From an uncultured Candidatus Saccharibacteria bacterium (lineage in GTDB: Bacteria; Patescibacteriota; WWE3; 2-01-FULL-39-13): a stretch of 64,000 nucleotides of DNA. Made by a program: the position numbers and the translations under genes. The notes below the pieces were generated by a model. The model did not search any database, had not been told where the DNA came from, and saw nothing but the letters and a program-made list of their open reading frames with translations. Positions 19,465 through 28,386 of this stretch are shown here, piece by piece (positions within the stretch are counted from its first letter, which is position 1; every line of letters starts with the position of its first letter). Location of the stretch: the NCBI GenBank assembly GCA_965230915.1, contig OZ246395.1, positions 12,019-76,018 of the forward strand. The letters run 5' to 3'.

Positions 19465-21696
19465 ATGGACAAAAATTACGATCATAAAATAAAAGAATCA
19501 GAAATGTACCAAATGTGGGAAGATAAAAAATCTTTTTCTCCTGAGGGTGCTGGAAAGTTGCGCCAGTCGAACGGCCAGCCCTACTCTATTTTGATGCCTC
19601 CACCTAACGCAAACGCTGCTTTGCACTGCGGACATGCAACTTATTCGATACAAGATCTAATGGTTCGATTTAAACGAATGCAGGGCTTTGATGCTTTATA
19701 TTTGCCAGGAACCGACCATGCAGGCTTTGAAACCCAAGTTGTTTACGAACGAAATCTTAAAAAAGAAGGTAAAAGCCGTTTTGATTTTGATCGTGAAACC
19801 TTCTTTAATGATGTTTTAAATTTCGTTAAAGAAAATTCAAATGTCGCTACAAATCAGCTAAAAAAGATTGGTATGTCAGCTGATTGGGACCGAAATACCT
19901 TTATGCTCGATAAGAAAGTTATCGATATCGTATATGACACATTCATGAAATTGGTTAATGATGGTTTGGTTTATCGCGATGGATATATGGTTAATTATTC
20001 GACCTTCCATGGAACTACCTTCTCTGATTTAGAGACCGAATATAAAGATTCGATTTCACCTTTGTACTATGTGAAGTACAAATTGGCTGACGGCGACGGA
20101 TTTTTAACTATTGCCACAGTTCGACCTGAAACAATCTATGCTGATGTTGCGATTGCTGTTAATCCAAAAGACTCTAAATATGAAAAATTCGTCGGAAAGA
20201 AAGTTCTGAATCCATTAAATGGCCGCGAAATGATTGTTATAGCCGATGACTATGTTGATATGGAATTTGGAACCGGAGCTCTAAAAATTACACCGGGACA
20301 TGATTTTAATGATTATCAGATTGGTAAAAAACATAATCTCGAGATTATCTCTTTGATCAATTTAGATGGAAAAATGAATGCCAATGCAGGGGAAGTTGAA
20401 GGTATGTATCCGAAACAGGCTCGCATTAAGACCTCAGAAATCTTAAAAGAAAAAAATGCATTAGAAAAGGTTGATGAGAATTATGCGAACCGCGTTTTGG
20501 TTGATTACAAAGACCAAATGCCGATTGAGCCGATGCTTTTGCCTAATTGGTTTATAAATACCGATAAATTAATGGAGGCTGTTATTAAAGCTGTTGAGGA
20601 CGAAAGAGTTAAATTTAATTTACCGGAATGGAAACGCGATATTTTAAGATGGATTACCGAAAAGAAACCCTGGCCAATTAGTCGCCAAACTGTTTTTGGA
20701 ATAAGAATTCCAGCATGGTATGAGGTTACCAAAGAAGTTAACCCAGATATTCAGGTAACTTTTATTGCTAACGGTGAATATAAAACGGGAAATGTTTATG
20801 AATTGCTTGGTCAGTATTCACTAGACGAAATCAAATCTGGTCTTCAAAAAGTCATTGCCCCTGCAAATTCAAAATTTGTAATTCAGCTCGAAGCACCAGG
20901 TGAAAATTATCTACAAGAAACCGACACATTTGATACTTGGTTTAGTTCTGGTCAGTGGCCAATGACAACGCTGAATTATCCAAATAGCGAAGAATTTAAG
21001 AAGTATTATCCGACTGATCTTTTAGATTCGGGCTACGATATTATGTTCTTTTGGATTGCTCGAATGATTATGTTTGGGCTTTATTTAGCTGAGGAAGTTC
21101 CATTTAAGATGGTTTACTTTCATGGAATGGTTACCGATAAGTCAGGTCAAAAAATGAGTAAGAGCAAAGGAAATGTTATTAATCCGATGGAATTTGTTGA
21201 AAAATACGGGGCTGATGCCTTAAGAATGGGAATAATCGTTGGAGGAAATACCGAGGCACGGTTTACACCACTAGACGAAGACAAAGTTCGTGGATATATG
21301 CACTTTTCAAATAAGATTTGGAATATCGCCCGCTTTATTGAAATGAAAGGTTCTTCGAAAGAGTTGGATTTAAATAATCTGCAGCCTGAAGACAAACAGA
21401 TTTTAGAAGACTTAAACAAACTAACACGCGATGTTACTGAATATTTGGACGGATTAAAATTCAAATTTGCAGGTGAAGCAATCTACGAATTTATCTGGGA
21501 AAAGTTGGCCAACACATATTTAGAAGCAATAAAAGACCGAACCGATGATCAGGCTTTGGCTGTTTTAAACCATGCATTCTTAACTTCGCTAAAGCTGCTG
21601 CATCCGTTTATGCCGTTTATAACTGAAACTGTTTGGCAGGAACTTAAACCTCAAAATGAAGCTGAGATGATTATTGTTTCGAAGTGGCCTAGTTAA
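19465..21696 (+). CDS. valS: Valine--tRNA ligase (no C-terminal coiled-coil arm)
   Basis: MPPPNA..LHCGHA, PGTDHAG, GTGALKITPGHD, DTWFSS, KMSKSKGN; ends at KWPS. Confidence 0.95.
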   Translation: MDKNYDHKIKESEMYQMWEDKKSFSPEGAGKLRQSNGQPYSILMPPPNANAALHCGHATYSIQDLMVRFKRMQGFDALYLPGTDHAGFETQVVYERNLKKEGKSRFDFDRETFFNDVLNFVKENSNVATNQLKKIGMSADWDRNTFMLDKKVIDIVYDTFMKLVNDGLVYRDGYMVNYSTFHGTTFSDLETEYKDSISPLYYVKYKLADGDGFLTIATVRPETIYADVAIAVNPKDSKYEKFVGKKVLNPLNGREMIVIADDYVDMEFGTGALKITPGHDFNDYQIGKKHNLEIISLINLDGKMNANAGEVEGMYPKQARIKTSEILKEKNALEKVDENYANRVLVDYKDQMPIEPMLLPNWFINTDKLMEAVIKAVEDERVKFNLPEWKRDILRWITEKKPWPISRQTVFGIRIPAWYEVTKEVNPDIQVTFIANGEYKTGNVYELLGQYSLDEIKSGLQKVIAPANSKFVIQLEAPGENYLQETDTFDTWFSSGQWPMTTLNYPNSEEFKKYYPTDLLDSGYDIMFFWIARMIMFGLYLAEEVPFKMVYFHGMVTDKSGQKMSKSKGNVINPMEFVEKYGADALRMGIIVGGNTEARFTPLDEDKVRGYMHFSNKIWNIARFIEMKGSSKELDLNNLQPEDKQILEDLNKLTRDVTEYLDGLKFKFAGEAIYEFIWEKLANTYLEAIKDRTDDQALAVLNHAFLTSLKLLHPFMPFITETVWQELKPQNEAEMIIVSKWPS

Positions 21697-21702
21697 ATTA
21701 AT

Positions 21703-22290
21703 ATGTTTATCCAATCAGTCCCACAATACGTAGAATGGTTTTTGATTCTATATCCATTTATTTACCTTTGTTGGAGCTTTATTATAAGAAATAAAAAGAC
21801 TTTTTTATTGTACGTAATATTTGATTTAATCGCGATCTTATATCTATGGATTTTATATGGAGTAATAGTAACTAATGATTGGAAAGTCACTTCAGATGGA
21901 ACTTTCCGAGGCGCAATAAATTTATTATCGAATAAGAATTATAAAGACTTCTTTGAAAGATATTTGGAGTTACTCGCTTTTTTCGTTGTATACATAAGTC
22001 TTGGGGTTAGGCTTCTAACAAAAATACTAAAATTTGTTCGAAAAGACCTTTTCAAAATCCTTGTACTTTCCTTTATTTGTATTTTGTTCTTAATTGTATT
22101 TGGGTTTACAACGAGTTCAATCAGGGTGGACTTTGGCTTATGGACAGAGGCGCTTATATTCAGACCTGAGAATTGGGATAGCCTTTTGTATTTTATTGTG
22201 AGTTTCCTATTTTTACCTGAAGCTATTATTTTCTTAATTATGTTGTTTAATCTTCGTAAGTCGAAAAAACAAAAAATAAATGGAAACTAA
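21703..22290 (+). CDS. Hypothetical polytopic membrane protein
   Basis: About 5 hydrophobic helices. Confidence 0.7.
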   Translation: MFIQSVPQYVEWFLILYPFIYLCWSFIIRNKKTFLLYVIFDLIAILYLWILYGVIVTNDWKVTSDGTFRGAINLLSNKNYKDFFERYLELLAFFVVYISLGVRLLTKILKFVRKDLFKILVLSFICILFLIVFGFTTSSIRVDFGLWTEALIFRPENWDSLLYFIVSFLFLPEAIIFLIMLFNLRKSKKQKINGN

Positions 22291-22834
22291 CTTCGCCTCT
22301 CGCGCTGGAGAAAAACTCCAATTCGCACTAGATCAATTTCAAATTTCCGTAAAAGACAAAATTTGTGCTGATTTGGGTTCAAGCACTGGCGGATTCGTCA
22401 GCTGCTTACTTCTAAATGGAGCAGCAAAAGTTTACTCGGTCGATACTTCGTATGGAGAACTCGCCTGGACTCTGCGCAACGACGAACGTGTTGTTGTAAT
22501 GGAACGGGCCAACGCACTTCATGTTGAGTTACCGGAAAAAGTAGATTTTATTTCGATTGATGTCGGGTGGACTCCACAAGCTCTTATACTCCCCCATGCG
22601 CTTTCGCTATTAAAAAACGACTCGTATATTATTTCGTTAATCAAACCACATTACGAGGCGGATAAACGTCTTATACGCAAAGGTAAATTGCCCGACGAAA
22701 ATATTGAAGAGGTTTTGGATCAGATGAAAAATAAATTGGCCGAACTTGATATTAAATTTGAGAAAATTGTTGAATCCCCTATTGTTGGTAAACGTGGTGG
22801 AAATCGAGAGTTTTTAGGACTTATTCGGATTTAG
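22280..22834 (+). CDS. tlyA: TlyA-family rRNA methyltransferase lacking the S4 domain
   Basis: FASRAGEKL, DLGSSTGGF, LIKPHYEA, SPIVGKRGGNREFL. Confidence 0.85.
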   Translation: METNFASRAGEKLQFALDQFQISVKDKICADLGSSTGGFVSCLLLNGAAKVYSVDTSYGELAWTLRNDERVVVMERANALHVELPEKVDFISIDVGWTPQALILPHALSLLKNDSYIISLIKPHYEADKRLIRKGKLPDENIEEVLDQMKNKLAELDIKFEKIVESPIVGKRGGNREFLGLIRI

Positions 22835-23519
22835 TTTCAGAAGAGTCTTCACCTTCTTTAGCAGATTCTCTTTCGGCAGCTTTTTCTTCTGAAATTACTC
22901 CGACTTCTGATACGTCTCCTGTAGCTTCTTCTGCTGGAGCTTCGATCTGTTGAGCGAAGTCTAATTTAAGGACGATTTCTTCTGGGTCTAAATCAATTTG
23001 GATTTTTTCTTCATCAACTTTGATAGCCTGCTTTAAGGTTAAAACATCTCCAACTTCTTTTAGTTGAAGGGCGTCTACTTCAAAAGCTTTTGGAAGATCT
23101 TTTGGAAGACAGGTTACTTCAATTTCAGAAATAATGGTGATAATGATACCTTCGTTAGATTTAACTTTTGGATGCTCGTCAGCATTAATAACTTCGACCG
23201 GAATAGCAGCTGTAATTTCTTGCTTCATGTCGACTTCGAAGAATGAAACGTGGATTGGTTCCATTGATAATGGGTGAATTTGAACGTCTGAAATAAGAAC
23301 GTTTTTTTCGCCATCGCCGCTTAATTTAAGTGTGACCAGCGATGATTCGCCCGCCTCTGCAAAGACTTTTGAGAAATCAGCCATATTTACAGAAACTGGT
23401 ACAGTTTCTTCTTTTCCTTGTGAAGACTTCTTTGAAAAGATAATCCCTGGGATAACCCCTTCTCTTCTGAGGACTTTTGATTTTTTATTTAATTCTCTTT
23501 CTTTTGCAAGTATTTCCAT
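22821..23519 (-). CDS. rplY: 50S ribosomal protein L25/Ctc
   Basis: LRREGVIPGII, DVQIHPL...HVSFF, CLPKDLP, acidic tail. Confidence 0.92.
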   Translation of the reverse strand: MEILAKERELNKKSKVLRREGVIPGIIFSKKSSQGKEETVPVSVNMADFSKVFAEAGESSLVTLKLSGDGEKNVLISDVQIHPLSMEPIHVSFFEVDMKQEITAAIPVEVINADEHPKVKSNEGIIITIISEIEVTCLPKDLPKAFEVDALQLKEVGDVLTLKQAIKVDEEKIQIDLDPEEIVLKLDFAQQIEAPAEEATGDVSEVGVISEEKAAERESAKEGEDSSETKSE

Positions 23520-23656
23520 AATGATTTGGGCTCGGTTTTAAGCAATTTTTTAAGCTTTTTTATCTCGATATATTCTATATTTACTGATAAACCCTCTTTT
23601 TTTTGGGTTTTAGCTGTCGAATCTATAGATTTTTTGGTTCTATTTGTATTAGTCAT
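23489..23656 (-). CDS. Possible 55-aa basic protein upstream of rplY (below the ORF-track cutoff)
   Basis: Hand translation MTNTNRTKKSIDSTAKTQKKEGLSVNIEYIEIKKLKKLLKTEPKSLWKYLQKKEN*; fills the intergenic gap. Confidence 0.3.
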   Translation of the reverse strand: MTNTNRTKKSIDSTAKTQKKEGLSVNIEYIEIKKLKKLLKTEPKSLWKYLQKKEN

Positions 23657-23710
23657 AGTGTCTATAGTCGAGAAATTAACTGCCCTAGTGTAACACTAAA
23701 TAATGCTTAT

Positions 23711-26545
23711 TTAAAGAGGAAATTTGAGTTCTTTATCGGTGTCAAACAAGAGGTTGGTGTTCGACTCAGTTTTACCCTCTAGTTTGATGCTAAGAGGAGA
23801 AACCTCTGATCCTGGCTGTTTTTGAAGGGTTATGTCCATATAGTTGTCTTTATAGACTTTTTGAGGGGATCCATATTCGATTCGCAAAACCACGTTCTCT
23901 TTCGTAGGGATATAAAGATCGGTTTCGTACATAACCTTGGTGCCATATTTAGAGACTTTTATTGATCTGGCGATGTTCTTTTCTCCAGTTTCGGCAATAA
24001 TGGTGGCTGTATTTATGAGGGTGTCTCCTGGGGCGATCATTATTATGTGGTCTAAATAGTCAGAATCGCCATTGTTTGTGTACTTAATCTCTATTGTCCT
24101 TATATAGCCGTCATTTTCGGTTGGCAGGACTCCCTCGTAGGTTATTTCTGATGTGATCTTTTCGCTTGGGATATCGGTAAGGTTGTTGTTACCAAAGAAT
24201 AAGAAATCATCGCTATCTGAGCCTTTTAAGGTACCTCCCCAATTGTTTTCTATGATACTGCTATAGACACTTTCATCAGTATGATAAATCATCATATCTC
24301 GAGAATTTAGGGCAGAATAAATCATTGGTTCTAGGGTTTGGAACGAATCAGGATTACTTCTAAAGGTGTCAAAAATATATGAGAAAACGTCTTTTATAAC
24401 GTCAGCCTTTTGGTTTTTGGTTAAGGAACTCGTAAAGTTTTGTTCATTAATTACTTTGTCATTCACTCTTATTTCGCCAAGTGTTTTTATGAAGGTTTTT
24501 AATAAGTTTGTATCTACTGCTATTACTCCATTAATTTTTTCTTTTCCTAGATACGAATAGAGATTTATTGCGGTTTCGGAAGCATTTCTAAAGTCTGGAT
24601 CCCAGGTTACATCTTCCATTCGAAGAAAATCCTGGCTTGTTAAAGCTTGAATTGGCTCTGGAGCTGGAATTTGACCATTTAAGTCTATTTGCTGATGGGC
24701 GTCAGAAGATTTTTCTAACTTTTCGATTGAGAATTTACCGTTTTCAGCTTTTAAAAGCCCGTAAACTTCAACCTGGCCTCCAGACGATCTGGCTATATTT
24801 AGGTTTTGAACTAAAAGCAAATAAATCTGTGGGTTTTTGTATCCTAATAAATCGCCCAGTGCCGGCTCGATAGCGCGAATTTTTTCTAACTTATCTTTAT
24901 TTTTATTTAATGAATTTAAACTTTCGTTTATTAGTCCGCGAATATACGAATTTCTGGTTTCGAGTGTTTCGAAATTATTCTCTATCTTTTCAATTTTTTC
25001 TAAAGATTTATCGATATATTCCGGAGACGCAACGGTACTTGCACCTAAAACATCTGAATCTGAATTTAGCGCGATTTCATGTGAGTCTAAGTTTTTGAAT
25101 GTTGCGTAAAGGTCGACTCCCGATAGGTAATTTATTGCAAGCGAAATTTCTTTTGCGGTTTCTATTGCTAAATGTTGATCTTTATCAGAAATTCCAATTC
25201 GTTCCGCAATAAAGCCAACAGGTGCCGGAATGGTTTCTAGTTTATTAAAGTATGTGCTGGCTTTTTCACTATTGTTATATGCAGATGTTAAGTCGGTTGT
25301 TTGGATATTATTTGAAGCTTTTTTAAGATAAATAACTCCTGCACTAGCGTTATACGCGAACATCAAAGATGGAAGGCTTAGTGCAACTATTAGGCAAGCA
25401 ACTAAAGCCACAATTGCTTTTCGAGGCTTTTTACTTGAGGCTTTTTTAGATTTGACCGATTTAGTTTGTCCGACTTTAACTTCCGGAATTACCTCAACAT
25501 AATCATAATCATTGTCGGAGTCTTCGAGTTCTTTTTCTTCGATAACATCTTCTGATTGCCGGTTTTCTTCATCGTTAAATTCATAGTCGTTATAGTCTTG
25601 GTCTAAATCTCTTTTTCTAGATTCCGGATCGAATGGGTCGTAAGGTTCGGTTGGTTCTTCGTAATCACGATCAAAAGATTTGTATGAAAGCGGTGAGGTG
25701 TCTGTAAATGAATCATCTTTTGCTAGTTCTAAGCTTTCGTCATTTAATTCATCTTCTGCACCATCGACCATCGGGATTCCATTGTAGTCACACAAATCTT
25801 CTATACCTGCTTTAAGCTCAACTTCAGGCCACCAGTTTTCGGGATAATTTATTTCTGCATCTGGCAGTGGAGTCGACAGGTTTTCTTCATGCGTATAACT
25901 TATTTCCAAATCAAAATCTGTGAGTTCTTTTATAAAGTGAGCAAGCTCAATTTCCGTGATTGGATCTTCAGGGTAAAGTGTATAGTGTTTTGATTTTGAA
26001 GATGGATCATTAAGGGTTTTTATAATTTGTTTGAGTCCGCTTTTAAAATCTTTTTGGTGTAAAAGATAGTGTTCGTTTTCATCAGAGTCGACAGTTAAAA
26101 TGTTTGAACCGGAAGTAACCGATGTTATAAATTCTTCTAATTTTTGATCTGTGTTGATTTCGGGACCGTAAATATCTTCGATATGAACAGTTGCAAATTT
26201 GACTCCAACTTTAGTGCAGTAAGATTTAATTAAATCGATCGCTGTAACAATTGTGCTTTCTGGATGGGTTTCTTCCCTTTCGCGGTATACAAAAATATAT
26301 GGAGAATTAACTTTTTTTGCTAAATCAATTAATTCTTTAATTTCAATTGTGTTATGAATTAAATCACTAGATTCATCAAGTAAATTTTCCGCATTGCTTA
26401 CATCTAAAACGGCATGAATATCTTTAGGGTCATCTAATGAATTAATTTTTTGTGTAATGTCGATTGTTAAGAGTCCAGATTCACCAAAAGCAGTGTGTAA
26501 ATAGGTGCTTATTTTATTGTTGCCGTATATTAAGATTGTGTTCAT
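23711..26545 (-). CDS. DUF4012-family membrane protein with degenerate N-terminal SDR/epimerase-like domain
   Basis: YLLLVQNLNIARSSGG, WDPDF, INGVIAVD, LQKQPG (DUF4012); N-terminal ILIYG...DIYGP...WWPEVELKAGI resembles an extended SDR; acidic linker and TM. Confidence 0.8.
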   Translation of the reverse strand: MNTILIYGNNKISTYLHTAFGESGLLTIDITQKINSLDDPKDIHAVLDVSNAENLLDESSDLIHNTIEIKELIDLAKKVNSPYIFVYREREETHPESTIVTAIDLIKSYCTKVGVKFATVHIEDIYGPEINTDQKLEEFITSVTSGSNILTVDSDENEHYLLHQKDFKSGLKQIIKTLNDPSSKSKHYTLYPEDPITEIELAHFIKELTDFDLEISYTHEENLSTPLPDAEINYPENWWPEVELKAGIEDLCDYNGIPMVDGAEDELNDESLELAKDDSFTDTSPLSYKSFDRDYEEPTEPYDPFDPESRKRDLDQDYNDYEFNDEENRQSEDVIEEKELEDSDNDYDYVEVIPEVKVGQTKSVKSKKASSKKPRKAIVALVACLIVALSLPSLMFAYNASAGVIYLKKASNNIQTTDLTSAYNNSEKASTYFNKLETIPAPVGFIAERIGISDKDQHLAIETAKEISLAINYLSGVDLYATFKNLDSHEIALNSDSDVLGASTVASPEYIDKSLEKIEKIENNFETLETRNSYIRGLINESLNSLNKNKDKLEKIRAIEPALGDLLGYKNPQIYLLLVQNLNIARSSGGQVEVYGLLKAENGKFSIEKLEKSSDAHQQIDLNGQIPAPEPIQALTSQDFLRMEDVTWDPDFRNASETAINLYSYLGKEKINGVIAVDTNLLKTFIKTLGEIRVNDKVINEQNFTSSLTKNQKADVIKDVFSYIFDTFRSNPDSFQTLEPMIYSALNSRDMMIYHTDESVYSSIIENNWGGTLKGSDSDDFLFFGNNNLTDIPSEKITSEITYEGVLPTENDGYIRTIEIKYTNNGDSDYLDHIIMIAPGDTLINTATIIAETGEKNIARSIKVSKYGTKVMYETDLYIPTKENVVLRIEYGSPQKVYKDNYMDITLQKQPGSEVSPLSIKLEGKTESNTNLLFDTDKELKFPL

Positions 26546-26635
26546 CGGGCAGACTTCAAGTCAAAAACAATAGACTTGGTGACAAGCTACAAAGAGTTTA
26601 TCAAATTTGGTGACTCTAATGTTAAAATGACTTCT

Positions 26636-27247
26636 ATGTTAAAACCTATGTTTTTTAGCGGCCACAAGCACACTTTTTATATTAACTTGATTATTTGGTC
26701 TTTGGTTATTTCTTTGGTTGTTTTACTTACCAGTTTTGTGTTTCCAAAATATTACAGAGCATACAATACTTATTACTTTGACGCGCAATATACGACTAAT
26801 GATTCAGTAATTGATTTTTCACCTCAACAATTAGCCGAAAAAACTTCTGAGAATGTTAAAGGAATTATAGAAAGTCCTAATTTTTTAGGTCGAGTTTTAG
26901 AAAATGCCGGTTACGAAAACACTACTAAATCTCGTGAAAAATTGAGCAAGAAGATATCTGTTAAAAAAGTCGGGCCTCAAGTTTTATATGTAGAAATTAA
27001 TGGATACCGCAACTTTGAGACACTAGAAAAAACCATAAGTTCATTAACGCAGGTTTTGGGTACTGAGGTTTCAGCAATAAATAGTAATGGAAATATTATG
27101 GTAGCGTTTAATGAGGTTAATGAAAAGCCAAACGTCGAAGAAGTTCAGATTTACCCGTGGCTAAATGCCGGAATCGCCTTATTGCTTGTAATAATTTTGG
27201 GAGTTTCTTTGAATGAGTTTAAAAAGTATATTGAAAAAGATGGATAA
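26636..27247 (+). CDS. Wzz/CpsC-like chain-length determinant membrane protein
   Basis: Two terminal TMs, PKYYRA, IIESPNFL, PWLN motif before TM2. Confidence 0.7.
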   Translation: MLKPMFFSGHKHTFYINLIIWSLVISLVVLLTSFVFPKYYRAYNTYYFDAQYTTNDSVIDFSPQQLAEKTSENVKGIIESPNFLGRVLENAGYENTTKSREKLSKKISVKKVGPQVLYVEINGYRNFETLEKTISSLTQVLGTEVSAINSNGNIMVAFNEVNEKPNVEEVQIYPWLNAGIALLLVIILGVSLNEFKKYIEKDG

Positions 27248-27641
27248 GCTAATAATAAATACAGACGGAGGAGCAAGGGGTAATCCCGGGCCAGCCGCTA
27301 TTGGTATAACTTTAAGATCTGAATCAGGTGAAACAATTTTAAAGTATAAAGAAAAAATTGGTGAAACTACAAACAACGTTGCAGAATACCGCGCCTTAAT
27401 AAAAGGATTAGAATTAGCATTAGAAAACAAGGCAAGCGATGTCGAATGTATTTTAGATAGCGAATTGGTTGTAAAACAAGTGAACGGATTGTACCGCGTA
27501 AAAGAAGAAAGTTTAAAAATCCTTCATTCTGAGGTTAGAAATTTGTTATCAAAATTTAATTCTCACATGGTAAAACATGTTAAGAGAAAGGATAATTCTG
27601 CCGCAGATAAGCTTGTAAACGAAGCTCTCGACAACATTTAA
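27240..27641 (+). CDS. rnhA: Ribonuclease HI
   Basis: INTDGGARGNPGPAAIG, TNNVAEY, DSELVVKQ, ADKLVN. Confidence 0.93.
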   Translation: MDKLIINTDGGARGNPGPAAIGITLRSESGETILKYKEKIGETTNNVAEYRALIKGLELALENKASDVECILDSELVVKQVNGLYRVKEESLKILHSEVRNLLSKFNSHMVKHVKRKDNSAADKLVNEALDNI

Positions 27642-27642
27642 T

Positions 27643-28386
27643 ATGGAATCTGCTGCCATAAAAAACGATTTAATAAAAACCCTTAAGCTAATTAAGGCTG
27701 AAGAAATTCCGGTTTTAACCGAAGAAATTACAAGCTATTTTATTGCTTCAGATAAATCATCACAGCTTAATAAACCTTCGGTTCTAACTGCTTTAAATGA
27801 GTTACAACAAGAGAGAAAAGTTTTTTCCGAAGATGAATTTATAAGTTTTTCTGAAAGCTTTAAAGATAAAATAAAAGACAGGTTAGATTTAGAAGAGTCG
27901 ACGAGGGAAAAGTCTAAATATACAAAAAATCTATTTAAATTTTTAGAAAATTTACCATTTGTAAAATTTGTTGCGGCAAGCGGAAGTTCACCTTTTGGCC
28001 GAATTGCTAAAAACGAAAAAATAAAATTAATAGTAGTTGCAGATAAAGAAACCAGGCATTTATCAGAATTCTGTATAAAAAAATATTTACAGCTCAATCG
28101 GGCTTATAAAAACTTTGAAGTCGAAAAAGTTTTTGAAAGCGATAATCTTAAGTGGCATCGACCAGACGCTGAAAGCGCAATAAAACTTTTAAATATGATT
28201 GTGGTTATAAGTAAAAATAAAACCTACGAGAATTTTATGGCAACTAATAATTGGATCTTTGATATTTTTTCTAATTATCCACTAGAAAAAGTAAGCTGGG
28301 GATTCAGGGTTACAAAAAATATTGATATCAAAACTGCACCAATTTTTAAAACTTTAAACAAATTTTTGACGCCAAAAGCATTATAA
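27643..28386 (+). CDS. Nucleotidyltransferase-fold-like protein, apparently degenerate
   Basis: LPFVKFVAASGS...NEKIKLIVV: GS is retained but the DxD position reads KIK. Confidence 0.55.
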   Translation: MESAAIKNDLIKTLKLIKAEEIPVLTEEITSYFIASDKSSQLNKPSVLTALNELQQERKVFSEDEFISFSESFKDKIKDRLDLEESTREKSKYTKNLFKFLENLPFVKFVAASGSSPFGRIAKNEKIKLIVVADKETRHLSEFCIKKYLQLNRAYKNFEVEKVFESDNLKWHRPDAESAIKLLNMIVVISKNKTYENFMATNNWIFDIFSNYPLEKVSWGFRVTKNIDIKTAPIFKTLNKFLTPKAL

